A stretch of 62,806 nucleotides of DNA, the filler included, from Rhabdomonas costata (taxonomy: Eukaryota): assembly GCA_019059605.1 (NCBI GenBank). It is 47 parts of 47 records of this genome, joined end to end, with 100 filler letters (N's around TTAATTAATTAA, not from the genome) between each part and the next. Parts side by side here need not be neighbours in the genome. Positions count along the whole stretch, not along the records: positions 24,113 to 25,350 come from JAHMHO010022381.1; positions 25,451 to 26,689 come from JAHMHO010022382.1; positions 26,790 to 28,027 come from JAHMHO010022383.1; positions 28,128 to 29,365 come from JAHMHO010022384.1; positions 29,466 to 30,703 come from JAHMHO010022385.1; positions 30,804 to 32,041 come from JAHMHO010022386.1; positions 32,142 to 33,376 come from JAHMHO010022387.1; positions 33,477 to 34,713 come from JAHMHO010022388.1; 39 more parts are not named here. One strand, 5' to 3'. Numbering within the stretch: position 1 is the stretch's first letter; the number at the start of each line of letters is the position of its first letter. This document shows, piece by piece, positions 24,135 to 35,577 of this stretch. The notes below the pieces were generated by a model. That model saw nothing but the letters and a program-made list of their open reading frames with translations. It did no database searches and was not told the origin of the DNA. The position numbers and the translations under genes are program-made.

Positions 24135-25260
24135 GTGTTGTCTGACGACAACTTTTATGACATGTCTTGGGCATGTTCAGAAGGGGACTTGGAAGGCCAG
24201 AAGAGGGCGGAATATGATGAAGCAATGCAGAACAGAAGGCCCCGTCACAGCGACCTGCTCTCCAGATTACCTCCGTTGGGAAGGGCACCGGACCAAACAG
24301 ATGAATCCTGGGCGTAGCAGAGCATGGCTTTCCGAAACCTCTCATTCAGGGCAACTCCCATCACCGCGGAAAAACATGCTCTTGACGCATTGCCCTATCT
24401 TCGCCCGGTGTACATATCTGGACCTCCTCGATCAGGGAAAACTCATGTGATGCAGTCATTTTGCCGTTTTTTAGACTAAGCCCATCTCAGCTGGGAGCTC
24501 CTGTCTTTGGGTCACACAGGGCTAGCAAAATTGGTGGCATTCACATCCACCGATTTGTTGGCTTTCGACCGTCATCGAAAGGGACAGACACAGCTGTATC
24601 ATTTGCTTCCGCAGCCATCGCACGCTTCTTGTTAAACCCTGTTCAGAAGCGCATTCTTCAGGAACTCCATGTACTGATGATAGATGAGTTTGGTGCTCTT
24701 CACTTTCGACACGATTGTCTTGCGCCATATTTACAGGGCGACAAACGACCCGGCACTGCAGCGGCTGATTTCTCTCATCAGTATTCCAACGCTCACCGCT
24801 GCGCAGATTTCCGAAGCGGAGTCTATTGTTGCTACTTTCTGCCGTTTCGTTCAAAACAGGGAGCAAGTGCCCAAAAATGCAACCTGGCTGCTCTCGAAGC
24901 ACGAGGCTGTGAACCAGATTCTCGAGAAACGATTTGCAGATGCTCCCGCGACCACAAAGTACTCTTTTCATGCAAAAGATGAAAGCTTTTACCCAGTGTC
25001 ATGGCACACTGACCGCAATGCTGCTCACGCTCGTCTGCTATCATGCAAGTCGGGACTTCCTGGGGTAACAAATGTTATCACCAATGAAAGCATGAGAGTA
25101 ACGCAAAACCTCTGGATTGGGCATCGATTTGTCGCGAATGGCACCGATGGCAAGGTTTTCTCGTTCGATGCGCAGGTCGACAGTGTCGCGATCCTTCTGG
25201 AAGACAAGTCTGCTGTGACTGTCGCGCGACAGTCGTCTGCGGTATTATTTCAGCCTTTCG
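24135..25260 (+). pseudogene. PIF1-family (SF1B) helicase pseudogene, possibly Helitron-derived
   Basis: VYISGPPRSGKT (Walker A), ASKIGGIHIHRFVG (motif Ib-like), LMIDEF (Walker B), IVLRHIYRATND, VTQNL....VANGTDGKV. Disrupted by in-frame TAG and TAA, frameshifts and apparent loss of the GDxxQLPPV region; no introns evident. Confidence 0.8.
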
Positions 25261-25452
25261 TGAGCCGCCACACCCCCACCCGATGTTTGCTGTTTTGTTG
25301 TTGTTCGCGCGTTGGCAATGCTGATGTCCCTGATCAACAACAAAACAACCNNNNNNNNNNNNNNNNNNNNNNNNNNNNNNNNNNNNNNNNNNNNTTAATT
25401 AATTAANNNNNNNNNNNNNNNNNNNNNNNNNNNNNNNNNNNNNNNNNNNNAC

Positions 25453-26689
25453 TTTGTTCGTGTGACAGGGAGATTGGGAGAAATGCCTGTGAAGTTGTAC
25501 TTACGAATCATTAAGACGTCCATTCCGGTTGTATTGGGCTACCCGTTCTTAACGCGGTTTCAGCCGCAAGTCGACTGAAATCGAAGGATTGTAAAAGTGT
25601 GGCGAAAAGGGAAAGTGTACGAGATCCGCTTCCTGCAGTGGACTCGTTTCGAATAACGTGCCCCACGACAGGAGTGTTGCATGCTGAGTTGGAGGGGGTA
25701 GAGGAAGAAGGCAAGCAAGTGGGGGAGGGAGCGACAAGAAAAGACACGCCCCCCGCCCTGAAAAGAAACCCCCTCGTTCAGCTTAGCATGGGAGCATTCC
25801 GCTAAGATGGGAGCAGAATGTGATGCGGAAGCCAGTGTGACGGATAAGTCGGTGTTGCAAGAGGAGCTTGCAGTTATTGCGGAAGACTTGCAGACAGTAG
25901 AGGAGGTTGTGCCGACTGCAGAAGATCAGCGTGCGTTAGCAAGAGCGCAAGAGCCTAAGTGGAAGACGCGCAGAAAGTTGCGTAACTCGCCTAGAAAAGA
26001 AGTTGAGAAGCTGATCAAGGAGGTGGACCACAGCATTTGTGGCCCCCCCTGCGCAGTGTGGCCGACTCCGCCAGAGGTAGAGAAGTTGAACAAGGAGTTT
26101 GCAAGGATCTTTCCTGACAAGGTGCCGGGAGGCTTACCGCCGGCGAGGAAGACCGACCATCGCATTGATTTGAAGCCGGACAGTAAGGTCCCAGCGCAGA
26201 GGTTGTATAGGATGTCTCCAGCGGAAGATGAGGAGTTAAGGAAGCAGTTGAAAAGCTTGCAAGATTTGGGCTTTATAGAGCCAGCTACATCTCCGTATGG
26301 AGCAGGAGTGTTGTTTGTTCCAAAGGCGAATGGTAAGTTGAGGTTGTGTGTAGATTACCGCCCGTTGAATGCGATTACCGTTGCAGACTCGTATCCTCTT
26401 CCGAGGATTGACGAGATGATCGATCACGCGGGGAAAGCGAAGTGGTTTTCGAAGTTAGATTTGCATTCGGGGTTTCATCAGATCAGGATTCACCCCGAGC
26501 ATGTTGAGAGGACGACGTTCAAGACGAAGTATGGGTCGTTTCAGTTTCTTGTAATGCCGTTCGGGTTGTGTAATGCGCCAGCGACGTTTCAGAGGACAAT
26601 GGACTTTCTTTTGGAAGACTTGAGGAGCACAACAGGAGCGTATGTTGACGACATCCTGGTGCACACGGACACATTGGAAGACCATGTCG
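25453..26689 (+). mobile_element. Ty3/gypsy LTR retrotransposon pol fragment (protease C-terminus + reverse transcriptase), partly decayed
   Basis: VVLGYPFLTRFQPQVD*N (protease end with TGA at the usual Trp, 25576-25578), frameshifts, then LPP.R..DHRIDL, SPYGAGVLFVPK..G.LRLCVDYRPLN, YPLPRIDE, FSKLDL.SGFHQ, MPFGLCNAPATFQR, YVDDIL. Confidence 0.96.
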
Positions 26690-26789
26690 NNNNNNNNNNN
26701 NNNNNNNNNNNNNNNNNNNNNNNNNNNNNNNNNTTAATTAATTAANNNNNNNNNNNNNNNNNNNNNNNNNNNNNNNNNNNNNNNNNNNN

Positions 26790-27317
26790 TTTGTTGGCGA
26801 GGCTGTGCAGCTGGATCTGCTCCTCCGCAGAGATGTCATTAACAATGTACAGGAAGATGTCGGCACACTCAAATACCTGGAATCGGTATGTGTGTTTTCA
26901 CACACATGGAATCAAATGGAGCCAGATGACTTCCTCATCCCGGGAGTCTGGGGAGTGGTTGCTGCCACTGTTCTCCTGCTCAATGCGAGTTAGAAATCGA
27001 AGAGTGGCAAAGCCTCACCAAAAAATCAAAAGCGGATAGCACAGTGGATGACCAGCAGGCCGAAAAGAAGTACCAATGGAACCTCGCGTCTCTTCGTGGC
27101 CGCGGGTCTGGGGATTTGGGCAAAAAATCAAGAGAAGAGAGGACTCACAGAGAAAAGGAGGGGAGTGCCGGCCGACCACATCACGGAGAAACTTCTCCAT
27201 AGCCTTCTTCTGCTGCAGCTGCGCCGTGGTCACCGAGAGCACCGGAGAGCCCGCCCCGGCCGTGTCCAGCAGAGCAATCTCCCTCCGCGACATCTGCATC
27301 CTCTTGAAGCTGAGCCC
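26790..27317 (-). CDS. P-loop GTPase (G-domain) protein, exons 27317-27177 and 26876-26790
   Basis: GLSF...IALLDTAG (G3 DxxG motif)...EKFLRDV|VFECADIFLYIVNDI; phase-0 GT-AG intron. Confidence 0.65.
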
Positions 27318-28662
27318 CTGAACATAACCAGACGTCAAAACAAACACCAGCGGGGGAACTGCAAATCCCTCGACGGGACGCCGGAAGGAAAGGGTGAGGG
27401 ACGTGGGAACCAAGTGCCCATCAATAGAGAAAGTGTCCCAATGAGAGGGCACGATTCCACAGCTCAAATGACGTTGCGAGAAAGGGGGACAGAAAACTGA
27501 CTCAAAATTGGTGATATTTTAACTACAGGGGTAGGTAATTGATGCAGGCACCCTCGAAAAAATGTTTGGCGTAGTGGCATTATAGGGACCCCCTTTCAAG
27601 TGTATTTTGGGGACCCCCTGTTTTCGGCGCATTTTACGGACCCAAGGTTTCCCAGACAGCAGACAAGACAATCTATGGGCAAGCTGGGGATCCCGCAATT
27701 TTCGGTGTATTTACGGACCCAGGCTTTCTTTGAAATTTTGTTGCTTACTATGACGCGGAGAGGAGAGATTTCCGGTGGCGAGGCAAAAGAAAGTGAAGGT
27801 AAAAGAACAGAGTATGTTGCGTCTGCGGCACTTCGTTCGAGTTTATGTTGCGCGGGGGGGGGGATCGCCCTCTAACCGTGCATCGCCCTCTAACCCCCTG
27901 CAAGATCTTCTATCTTGTCGGAATTGTTTACTGTGTGCTTCCCTCGTGCTGCTGCTCGACCTTCTTATATATTCTCTGAGATGCCTGAACAGTCCTGGGG
28001 ACCTTTTGAAAGACTGCTGTGGAGCGCNNNNNNNNNNNNNNNNNNNNNNNNNNNNNNNNNNNNNNNNNNNNTTAATTAATTAANNNNNNNNNNNNNNNNN
28101 NNNNNNNNNNNNNNNNNNNNNNNNNNNGAGGGGGGGGGCAGAATTGATCCATTTTGTAAACAGATATACTACTATATTTCTTTTTGCGTGTGGACCATGG
28201 GACCTAAACCGCTCGCACTTGTTACTACATTGCTGTTCCCAGCTTGTTTTTCACCAAAGAAGTTCCTTCGTGCGGTTTCGGGGCCTGTGTCGAGTGGACA
28301 GCTTGTATTTAGGCTCAACTCACAACTCATCACAAAACCTAAGGAGGATATTTGTTAGAAGCATTGTTCATGGCTTCGCTCCTCTTTGGAGCGAAGTGAA
28401 AGACAAAAGTGTGCTTGGCATGCATTCTTCCCATTTAATATTATTGGGGATCTTTCAGCAGCACCCATCCTTCGCTGTCGGTCTTCGGACCTGCACCACC
28501 CGTCAGGGGCCAAAAATCGGGGGTGGGACGAGTGTCAAACCGTAAAATGGGGCGCAGCGTCTTATTTTTATATACCCCGCAGCAGAGCAGTGCCATCAAA
28601 TACCGTCAAATGCCCACCATCCATGATCCAGAGCCCCCCACTCCCGCCGCCCCTTTGGGCAC

Positions 28663-28914
28663 CTGGAGTAGCCCCGCATTCTCCGTGGACAGGGCTTGCA
28701 CCTTGATCTGCATCGCGCTGTGCTCGGCCATGAGCTGCCCCATGTCCGAGGATGTCCCAGGGGAGCCCCCTCCACCACCGGCAGCGTCTCCCGCCTTTGC
28801 CCCTGGGGCACCGCCCGCCCCAACGGGGTATTCCGCGTACGCCCCAAACTCCGTGTAGGACCGCCGCTGCGCCTCCAGCTCCGCAACCCTCGCGGACACC
28901 ACGGCAATTTCCGT
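28663..28914 (-). CDS. Coiled-coil / Gly-rich protein exon, uncharacterised
   Basis: GC3-rich frame TEIAVVSARVAELEAQ...MQIKVQALSTENAGLLQ between AG and GT. Confidence 0.55.
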
Positions 28915-29794
28915 CTTTTTTATCGGAAACACCAACACCCACCACACACACAAGTCACAAACTTTCTTGGTACGCTTTTGTTTTTTGGGCGCCCACGACG
29001 GCTTCTGAACTACTGAGCTGAGCTGAGCTACCCTCCGACTCATTCCTGCTGGGTGCACTTCTGAAAATTTGCCCACACACTGCAAGCACAAGGCATTCCT
29101 GTAGTGGAGGTCTTAAGCCTCTTGCGGACGTTCAACGTTCAACACAGATAAACACACTTTCTGCATTCCATGGAAACATCCTTCCATCAGGCGTGGGCAA
29201 GCAAAAAGCGACACCACAAGGGAGCAAACAATGACCCTCCCCCTCTACTCACACATCCTGCTCTCCCGTTCATGCTGTGATGGACGCAGTATACCCAATT
29301 CGTTACACGCACAAGATATCATCTCATCCACCACGTCCCCACATGCACGCCTACTCACCACCACANNNNNNNNNNNNNNNNNNNNNNNNNNNNNNNNNNN
29401 NNNNNNNNNTTAATTAATTAANNNNNNNNNNNNNNNNNNNNNNNNNNNNNNNNNNNNNNNNNNNNTCGCTAATGCTTCGAACTCAGTGCATTGTGGTGTA
29501 GAGTCTTCAGCAAAGCTCTTGCGAATCTCATTCCGTTGCTGTCGTAATTCCCTTATAACTACTATTCCTTGTAAATATTCGGTTGTGTTTTTGCACCGTG
29601 AACCTTTTCGTGAGAAAATTTGATGGTTTTTGGCGATGAAAACATTTTTTCGAGGACCGATCCAGCTCTCCGAGAGCTGTGTGCCAGTCCTGAACCGCCA
29701 ACCGTTGACCCTTATTCCGGTGAACTTTCATCTGCACTGTCGTTGTGCGCAGTCTTCCTGGCTAATCTGTCGACGTACCTCTATCTCAGCTCAG

Positions 29795-30570
29795 CTGTGC
29801 TGCAACTACCCTGCGACCACGTGCTCCGCCCTGGGGAGGGTTCTGATGCCTCACATGTTCTGCTCCAGCTCCACTTGCGCCTCCATGAGTACCTGCTGCT
29901 CTGGTGAGCCCCTCTTTCCATTTCGGGCGTGGTCCCCAACGCGGTTGCGAAAAATCTTCCAAGCACAGCGCTCTAGGTGGTGAGATGTCCGGGTCCATCT
30001 ATGCGTTTGCTTGGACGCGAAGCCGGTGTGGTAAGCAAGCACCCGATACTGGTCTTCGGACAGAGTTGATGCTTCTAGAGGGGTGAGGGTCCGTTCTGGT
30101 GCGGACTTCGGTATTAGCTATTCTTTTTCTGGGCTGCGGTATTCCTTTTTCTGGTTACCTTCAAGCTCTCAGATTAGAAACCTCTGCGAAAACGGTTTTG
30201 ATGAGTGACTCACAACTTTTTATTGTTTAGCGCCCCCGCCCGCCTAAGAGACCGGACCTCTGTCTGTCTGCGTGTGTCTGATTGTGTTTCTCTATTGTGG
30301 GATGAGTTTTATCAGAACCCCTGCGTTGTTGGGTTGCCACGCGAAGACCCAACCCACCATCCTCCCGCTTCGTCTCCTCATGTGCAGCGCCTGGCCTGAT
30401 CTGCAGTCTGCCCAGCACCCTGCCTGTGGGATACTCCTACAGTGGCAGTGGGTGTGGCCCCAGCTTCGTGAGCACCTGCACCGGACTGAGCTGCGCCTCG
30501 GGCTTTTCGGGAACCGCCTCGGCGATCTGCACAAGCTCTGCGGGAGTCTTCGCACTGTCGGGCTGCCGAG
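29795..30570 (+). CDS. Cys-rich, probably extracellular protein (exons ~29795-29903, 30388-30570)
   Basis: LCCNYPATTCS...CSSSTCASMSTCCS|APGLICSLP...GY...C...CTGLSCASGFSGTASAICTSSAGVFALSGC (sushi-like spacing); phase-1 GT-AG intron. Confidence 0.65.
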
Positions 30571-30839
30571 GTGTTTACCCGAATGCTAGTTGCGGAGGGG
30601 GGGGATCGATTGCATTCATGATTAGCAGTCCGGCGAGAAGTGAGGGCGACCCTGTGAAGGCGGTGTCTACGGAAACAGTGAATGCAATCGATACCCCCCC
30701 ACANNNNNNNNNNNNNNNNNNNNNNNNNNNNNNNNNNNNNNNNNNNNTTAATTAATTAANNNNNNNNNNNNNNNNNNNNNNNNNNNNNNNNNNNNNNNNN
30801 NNNGGTTGTGGTGGGGAGTCACGCGGCGCGGGCACTTGC

Positions 30840-31763
30840 CTCGGAAAAGCTGGTGTGGCGGCGTAGGTGAAGCTCCAGGTCCCCTCCGTTGTGGAAATCC
30901 AGCACAAGGTAGAGCTTGCGTGGGGTCTGGAAGGCGTTGTGCAGCCTCACGATGTGAGGGTGCTCCAGTGGCCGCAAAAGACCCATCCCCTTTGTTCGTT
31001 TTTTTTAGAGCGGAAGCGGTGGAGTGCACGTGCTCCAGAAAAAGCCCGTCGCGCCTGTCAAACATAAATGTCCGGTGCTGTTACCAGTGCTACCCCCCCC
31101 CCTCCGCCATTACAGTTCCTAGAACCCTTTGCAGCGCGGTGGGGGGAGGGGGTATAAACTCGGTAAAACTCTCATTCTCAAAGGGTCCCATCACTGTTGT
31201 GGAACTTCAAAGTAACAATATGCTACTCCATCAACTCGATCTGCACCACACTAGACCGGGTTCAAACCCAAACTTTACAAACCTTTCCCCACAATCAGCA
31301 ACTCGCTTCAAAAACCAACCAAAACACGGAATCACCCGAAAAAGAGAAGCCGCGCCTTCAGTGCATTACTCACTAATAGCACCCCAAAACCAAGCGTTTC
31401 TTAGTCGGTCCGCAGAAAACCCAACGTCCTTGCGTAACATGTGCCCAGACAATGCCATTTTCCAGCGCTAAAAAAACATCGAAGGGAAAACTGCCACACA
31501 CCCTTTTCTGCGTTTTCGGGAGTACTTTACCTCAGCTCGAACAACACAGGCCGCTTCCCCTGCAGCGGTGGTCGCACAGGACAACTTCCGTGGCCGTAAC
31601 CACAACAGTAACCCATGATCCTGAACCCAAACATAATCTTCCAGCCCTGAAAGACGCATGACATGGATAAGGAGGGGGCACGTGCCTCCTCGCGCTGATG
31701 CAGTACAAGCGCCTTTTGCAGGACCTTGATGGCGTAGATCTTGCCATCCACCTTGGAGCGAAC
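30840..31763 (-). CDS. AGC-type Ser/Thr protein kinase, N-lobe exons (31763-31686, uncertain middle exon(s), ~30989-30840)
   Basis: VRSKVDGKIYAIKVLQK and LLRPLEHPHIVRLHNAFQTPRKLYLVLDFHNGGDLELHLRRHTSFSE; both exons end at GC donors (GCACGT, GCAAGT). Confidence 0.88.
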
Positions 31764-33910
31764 CTGCAGGGGTGGGTTTGTTTTCACGAGAAGCAGAGCG
31801 CAACTCACCCAACCCATGACGACCCATCAGTCAGTGTTGGCGTGGTTCCTAACTCTTTTGTGAGAGAGTGTGTTTCATGACATGCTTTCCGAACATTGGA
31901 TTCGGAAAAAACTCTTCTTACAAAACCTACAAAAAAATGGTGAAACTCGCATTTTTTTTCAATAGGAAATACCACCGGAGTTCAGGAGTTCAGCAACAAA
32001 CAGACAAAGTACAACTCGCATTTTTCAGTTTCCAAAAGATTNNNNNNNNNNNNNNNNNNNNNNNNNNNNNNNNNNNNNNNNNNNNTTAATTAATTAANNN
32101 NNNNNNNNNNNNNNNNNNNNNNNNNNNNNNNNNNNNNNNNNGTTTTTGTGTGGGGCTCTCTTCGTCTCCGACGACTCGGCTCCTCTCAGGGGTTTGGTCG
32201 GTGTTTTTCAATTTATTTTTTTTCATGGCGATGATGTGCTTCTGGTGTGAGCGTTTTTCCTGCCGTACGTCTCGGCATGCGCTATTGCGTGAGGGTAGCA
32301 GCTCCTTGCGTGGAACTTCCTCAACCAACCCCATCCTCTCTCCGTGTCCCGTGTTGAATGATCCCTGGAGCTCAACTTGTGCTTTTGTGCTTGCGGCTTG
32401 TGTGGAGGCACCGTACGGAAGTTAGTGCGCGGTGCAGTCCGGGGTCTTCGCTGCCGTGAATCTTTCGGCGAGAGTCCGAGTCTTCGTTGTGCGAATGACC
32501 CCCTTTTTTCAGCACTCTTCTTTTTTGTGGTTTCATGAGCATAGGTTCCCTATATACGGACTAGCTTCGTTTGACTGGAGTGGGAAGAGGAAGTGTTTTC
32601 TGGCAACCAATGATGCTTTTGGTTCCCATTGTGTTCGTGCAGCGGAGTTTGGGAGCGGGAGTTTTGTTGTACGAACAGGGTTTTGATTCTTTGTTTAGGT
32701 TGGTTTGCGCATGCACTTGTCCTCGTCGGTTTTCCAGCGACTCAACAATGTTGATGCTTGTGCTCTCTTGCCGGCTTCTTCTCTTTCAGAACAACGGATA
32801 CGGGGATGTAGCCCGGGAGGTGTCCCCGCAACCGAGGGGGGATAGTGGGCGCCCCACTCTTCGACAGGAGTGGGAGGAGCTCCGGGCTTCGAGGTTGAGG
32901 TCCACATGTGCATTCACGTAGCACGTCTGCGAGTTCCAGCTCCTCTGCACAAGTGAGGGTTGCGGGACCCTGCCATTAACCTGGGATATCAAATAGACTC
33001 TGACCCACACACAATCACATTGATACAGAGATGTGGGAAGACGTTATCTCAGAAGCAAATAACACGAGAACAATACGCACCGCTGGATGTGTCTCCGTTG
33101 ACCTGGGATTTGAATTGGTGGAAATTCAATGGGCACATGGTAGGAATGAACGAGAAAATGGCAAACATACTGGTCTCTCTTTTGAAGAGAAGTGAGCCAC
33201 GGCGAGGTCCTTGTTTTTTCGCCTCGCGGTTACATATTTTTCGAGCCTTGTGCACAAGTCATGATATGACTCAACAAATCAAAAATGCAAGACAAAACAC
33301 AACGCAAATGGAACGTCTAGGGGCTTCCGTACCGGGCCCCTAGGGGAATCGAGCCTTGGAGGGAACCCCCCCAACCNNNNNNNNNNNNNNNNNNNNNNNN
33401 NNNNNNNNNNNNNNNNNNNNTTAATTAATTAANNNNNNNNNNNNNNNNNNNNNNNNNNNNNNNNNNNNNNNNNNNNTGGTTGTGGGTGTACTTTTCTGCG
33501 TCGCCGTGGCAGTTTTTTTGATCCGGCCCGCGGCCAAACCCTCTGGAGCTGGCAAAAGCTTTTCGAGTTCTGCAACCAAACGTACCTCAAGAAAACGGAC
33601 CACAGTGATCATTCAGGTCAGTGGGTGGATCTTCTTGTTTGTTTTGAGTTCTGCCGCGTTTTCGCAGAGTGACCTGCTGGAAAAATGCGTTTTTGCAAAT
33701 CAAGGTCCAGTTGCAAAGCAAACGATACATTTTTTGATGTTGTTGGTTGAATTTGTTTGGCAGTTTTGTTTTGGATGGATTTTTCTGATTTGTGGGTAAG
33801 TATTGTGGGTGGGAAGAACTTTGAAAACTTGACAACTTTCAGCCCGATTGAGATGAGGAGGGGTTCATGGGGAACTCTTGCACGATTCGACTGCATTCAT
33901 TTTTGGGCAG

Positions 33911-34582
33911 GATGGGCAGGATAAGCCAAACTCGTCGCAGCAAAAACCCTTCCTGCTGGGTCACAATGTACGCCTGTTTTCCCTTCACTGGCGCCAACTG
34001 CCGGCCTCGAGCTTCTCCCCAAAAGCGGCTTGTGCCGCCCTGTCGCGTCTGATGGGTTCTCTGCGCGGCACCCCAACTATCCCAGACGACGCACCATCCA
34101 GCCCAGAAACTCCGGTGGTGACTGACTCCGCTGAGTTTCATCGGCAGATCGAGTGCCTGCAATCCCGGGAGGTGCTGCTTTATTCTCTCCGGTCCTTCGC
34201 GAACCTTCGCGTGCGCATTTTGCTCCTTGCCCATTTCTTTCTCTTTTTCACAGGCTGGCGTTCGCCAGCGCTTTTACTTGCGAAGGGATGTTCACTTTAC
34301 CGAGAAAGTTGAGGAGCTCCTGCTCGCTCAGCACACTGAGATGGGGAAAGGCCTGCTTTTGTGGCACCGGCAACTGGTTGATTTTTGTCGCGGAGAGTTT
34401 TCCGGCCGCACCAAGGTTGCTTTAGAGTTTCGCAGGGGCGTTGCCCAGGCCGAGGACTGGCTGCAGAAAATACCCCAGCAGAGGGAACTCGTCGCCGCAG
34501 GTGAGCAACGCCGAAGAACTTCAATACAGACCGCCGAGCAGTCTGCCCGGGAAAAGCTCCTCATATTGCTCGAGACTGCCAG
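33911..34582 (+). CDS. Uncharacterised helical protein, exons 33911-34171 and 34254-34582
   Basis: An 82-nt phase-0 GT-AG intron joins two long open frames. Confidence 0.6.
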
Positions 34583-34816
34583 GTGTGCTTTGCTCCTTCA
34601 GCTAATGAGCGCCTTTTGATTATACACCACAGGTTTCCCCCTAAAATTCCTGTTTACAACGTGTCCTTCCTTGCTCGCTGGTGAAGTCTCCAGTAGCCCC
34701 CCCCACCCCCCACNNNNNNNNNNNNNNNNNNNNNNNNNNNNNNNNNNNNNNNNNNNNTTAATTAATTAANNNNNNNNNNNNNNNNNNNNNNNNNNNNNNN
34801 NNNNNNNNNNNNNGTG

Positions 34817-34969
34817 GGTGTGGAGCAAAAAAAAGCACAGACATCAACTTCTTGCACTTGCCCAACAGATGAAGAGAAAGAAGAGGAGGAGGAGGAAGCC
34901 ACTAATGCGAGGGATATTCTGTGTGCAAGTGCAAGAAGTTGATGTCTGTGCTTTTTTTTGCTCCACACC
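34817..34969. repeat. 45-bp perfect inverted repeat (34817-34861 / 34925-34969) at the contig start
   Basis: Arms are exact reverse complements. Confidence 0.9.
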
Positions 34970-35577
34970 TTTGTTTGCCAAGCTACCCCGGAAACTCGGG
35001 GTAATTCACGTCCTCTCAGAGACACCAATCCGAGACCAGTGGTAGGAATATAGGACAAAAAGATCCTGTTCTTATCTGGTTGAGGTGGTCTTTGCGCCGG
35101 CACCGAGGAATCCGCCTGACTGAGTCTTCCTGTTCCCGTCCGCTTGGGTTTCTCTCTTTCTCTTTTCCCATGGCGTGGTGATCCTCGTGCGAACGAGGAT
35201 TTTCTGGATTGTACACTTTGGTTTGTGCGTGAGGAGTCATGAATGGCAGTGTCCATGACTGAAGATTTGGATACAGAGGAATGCATATGGAGCACATCCC
35301 GTGCGGTATGCAGTCGCCTTGATGCACACAGGCAGGCGCATCCTGTGCCATTTTCTGTGTGTGGTCTTTGCTCCCAGCCGGCGCGCGTGAACCGGGCCGC
35401 GGCGTACGCCAGCGTGGCGCAGGAGGATGAGGAGCACTACGCCGCGATGGCCGAGGGCAAGCCCACACAGCTCCTGGGCGAGGCCTGCGGGGACGACGGA
35501 GAGCGTCGCAAACCCAGACCGGCTTTCATGGAAACCCTGCCAGGCAAGGAGTACGGCTCCTATGTCACTCAACAGCG
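34869..35577 (+). CDS. Uncharacterised acidic protein, exons 34869-34922, 35250-35305, 35378-35577
   Basis: Phase-compatible GT-AG joins: DEEKEEEEEEATNARDIL|LSMTEDLDTEECIWSTSRA|PARVNRAAAYASVAQEDEEHY... Confidence 0.55.

Noticed and set aside
24315-25578. Stop-codon reassignment (TAG/TAA at plausible Gln positions in the helicase; TGA at a Trp position in the gypsy protease)
   Set aside because: Both regions also carry frameshifts, so they are decayed elements. Conserved host exons have no in-frame stops, and genes end at TGA (ALDH, UBA) and TAA (21692).
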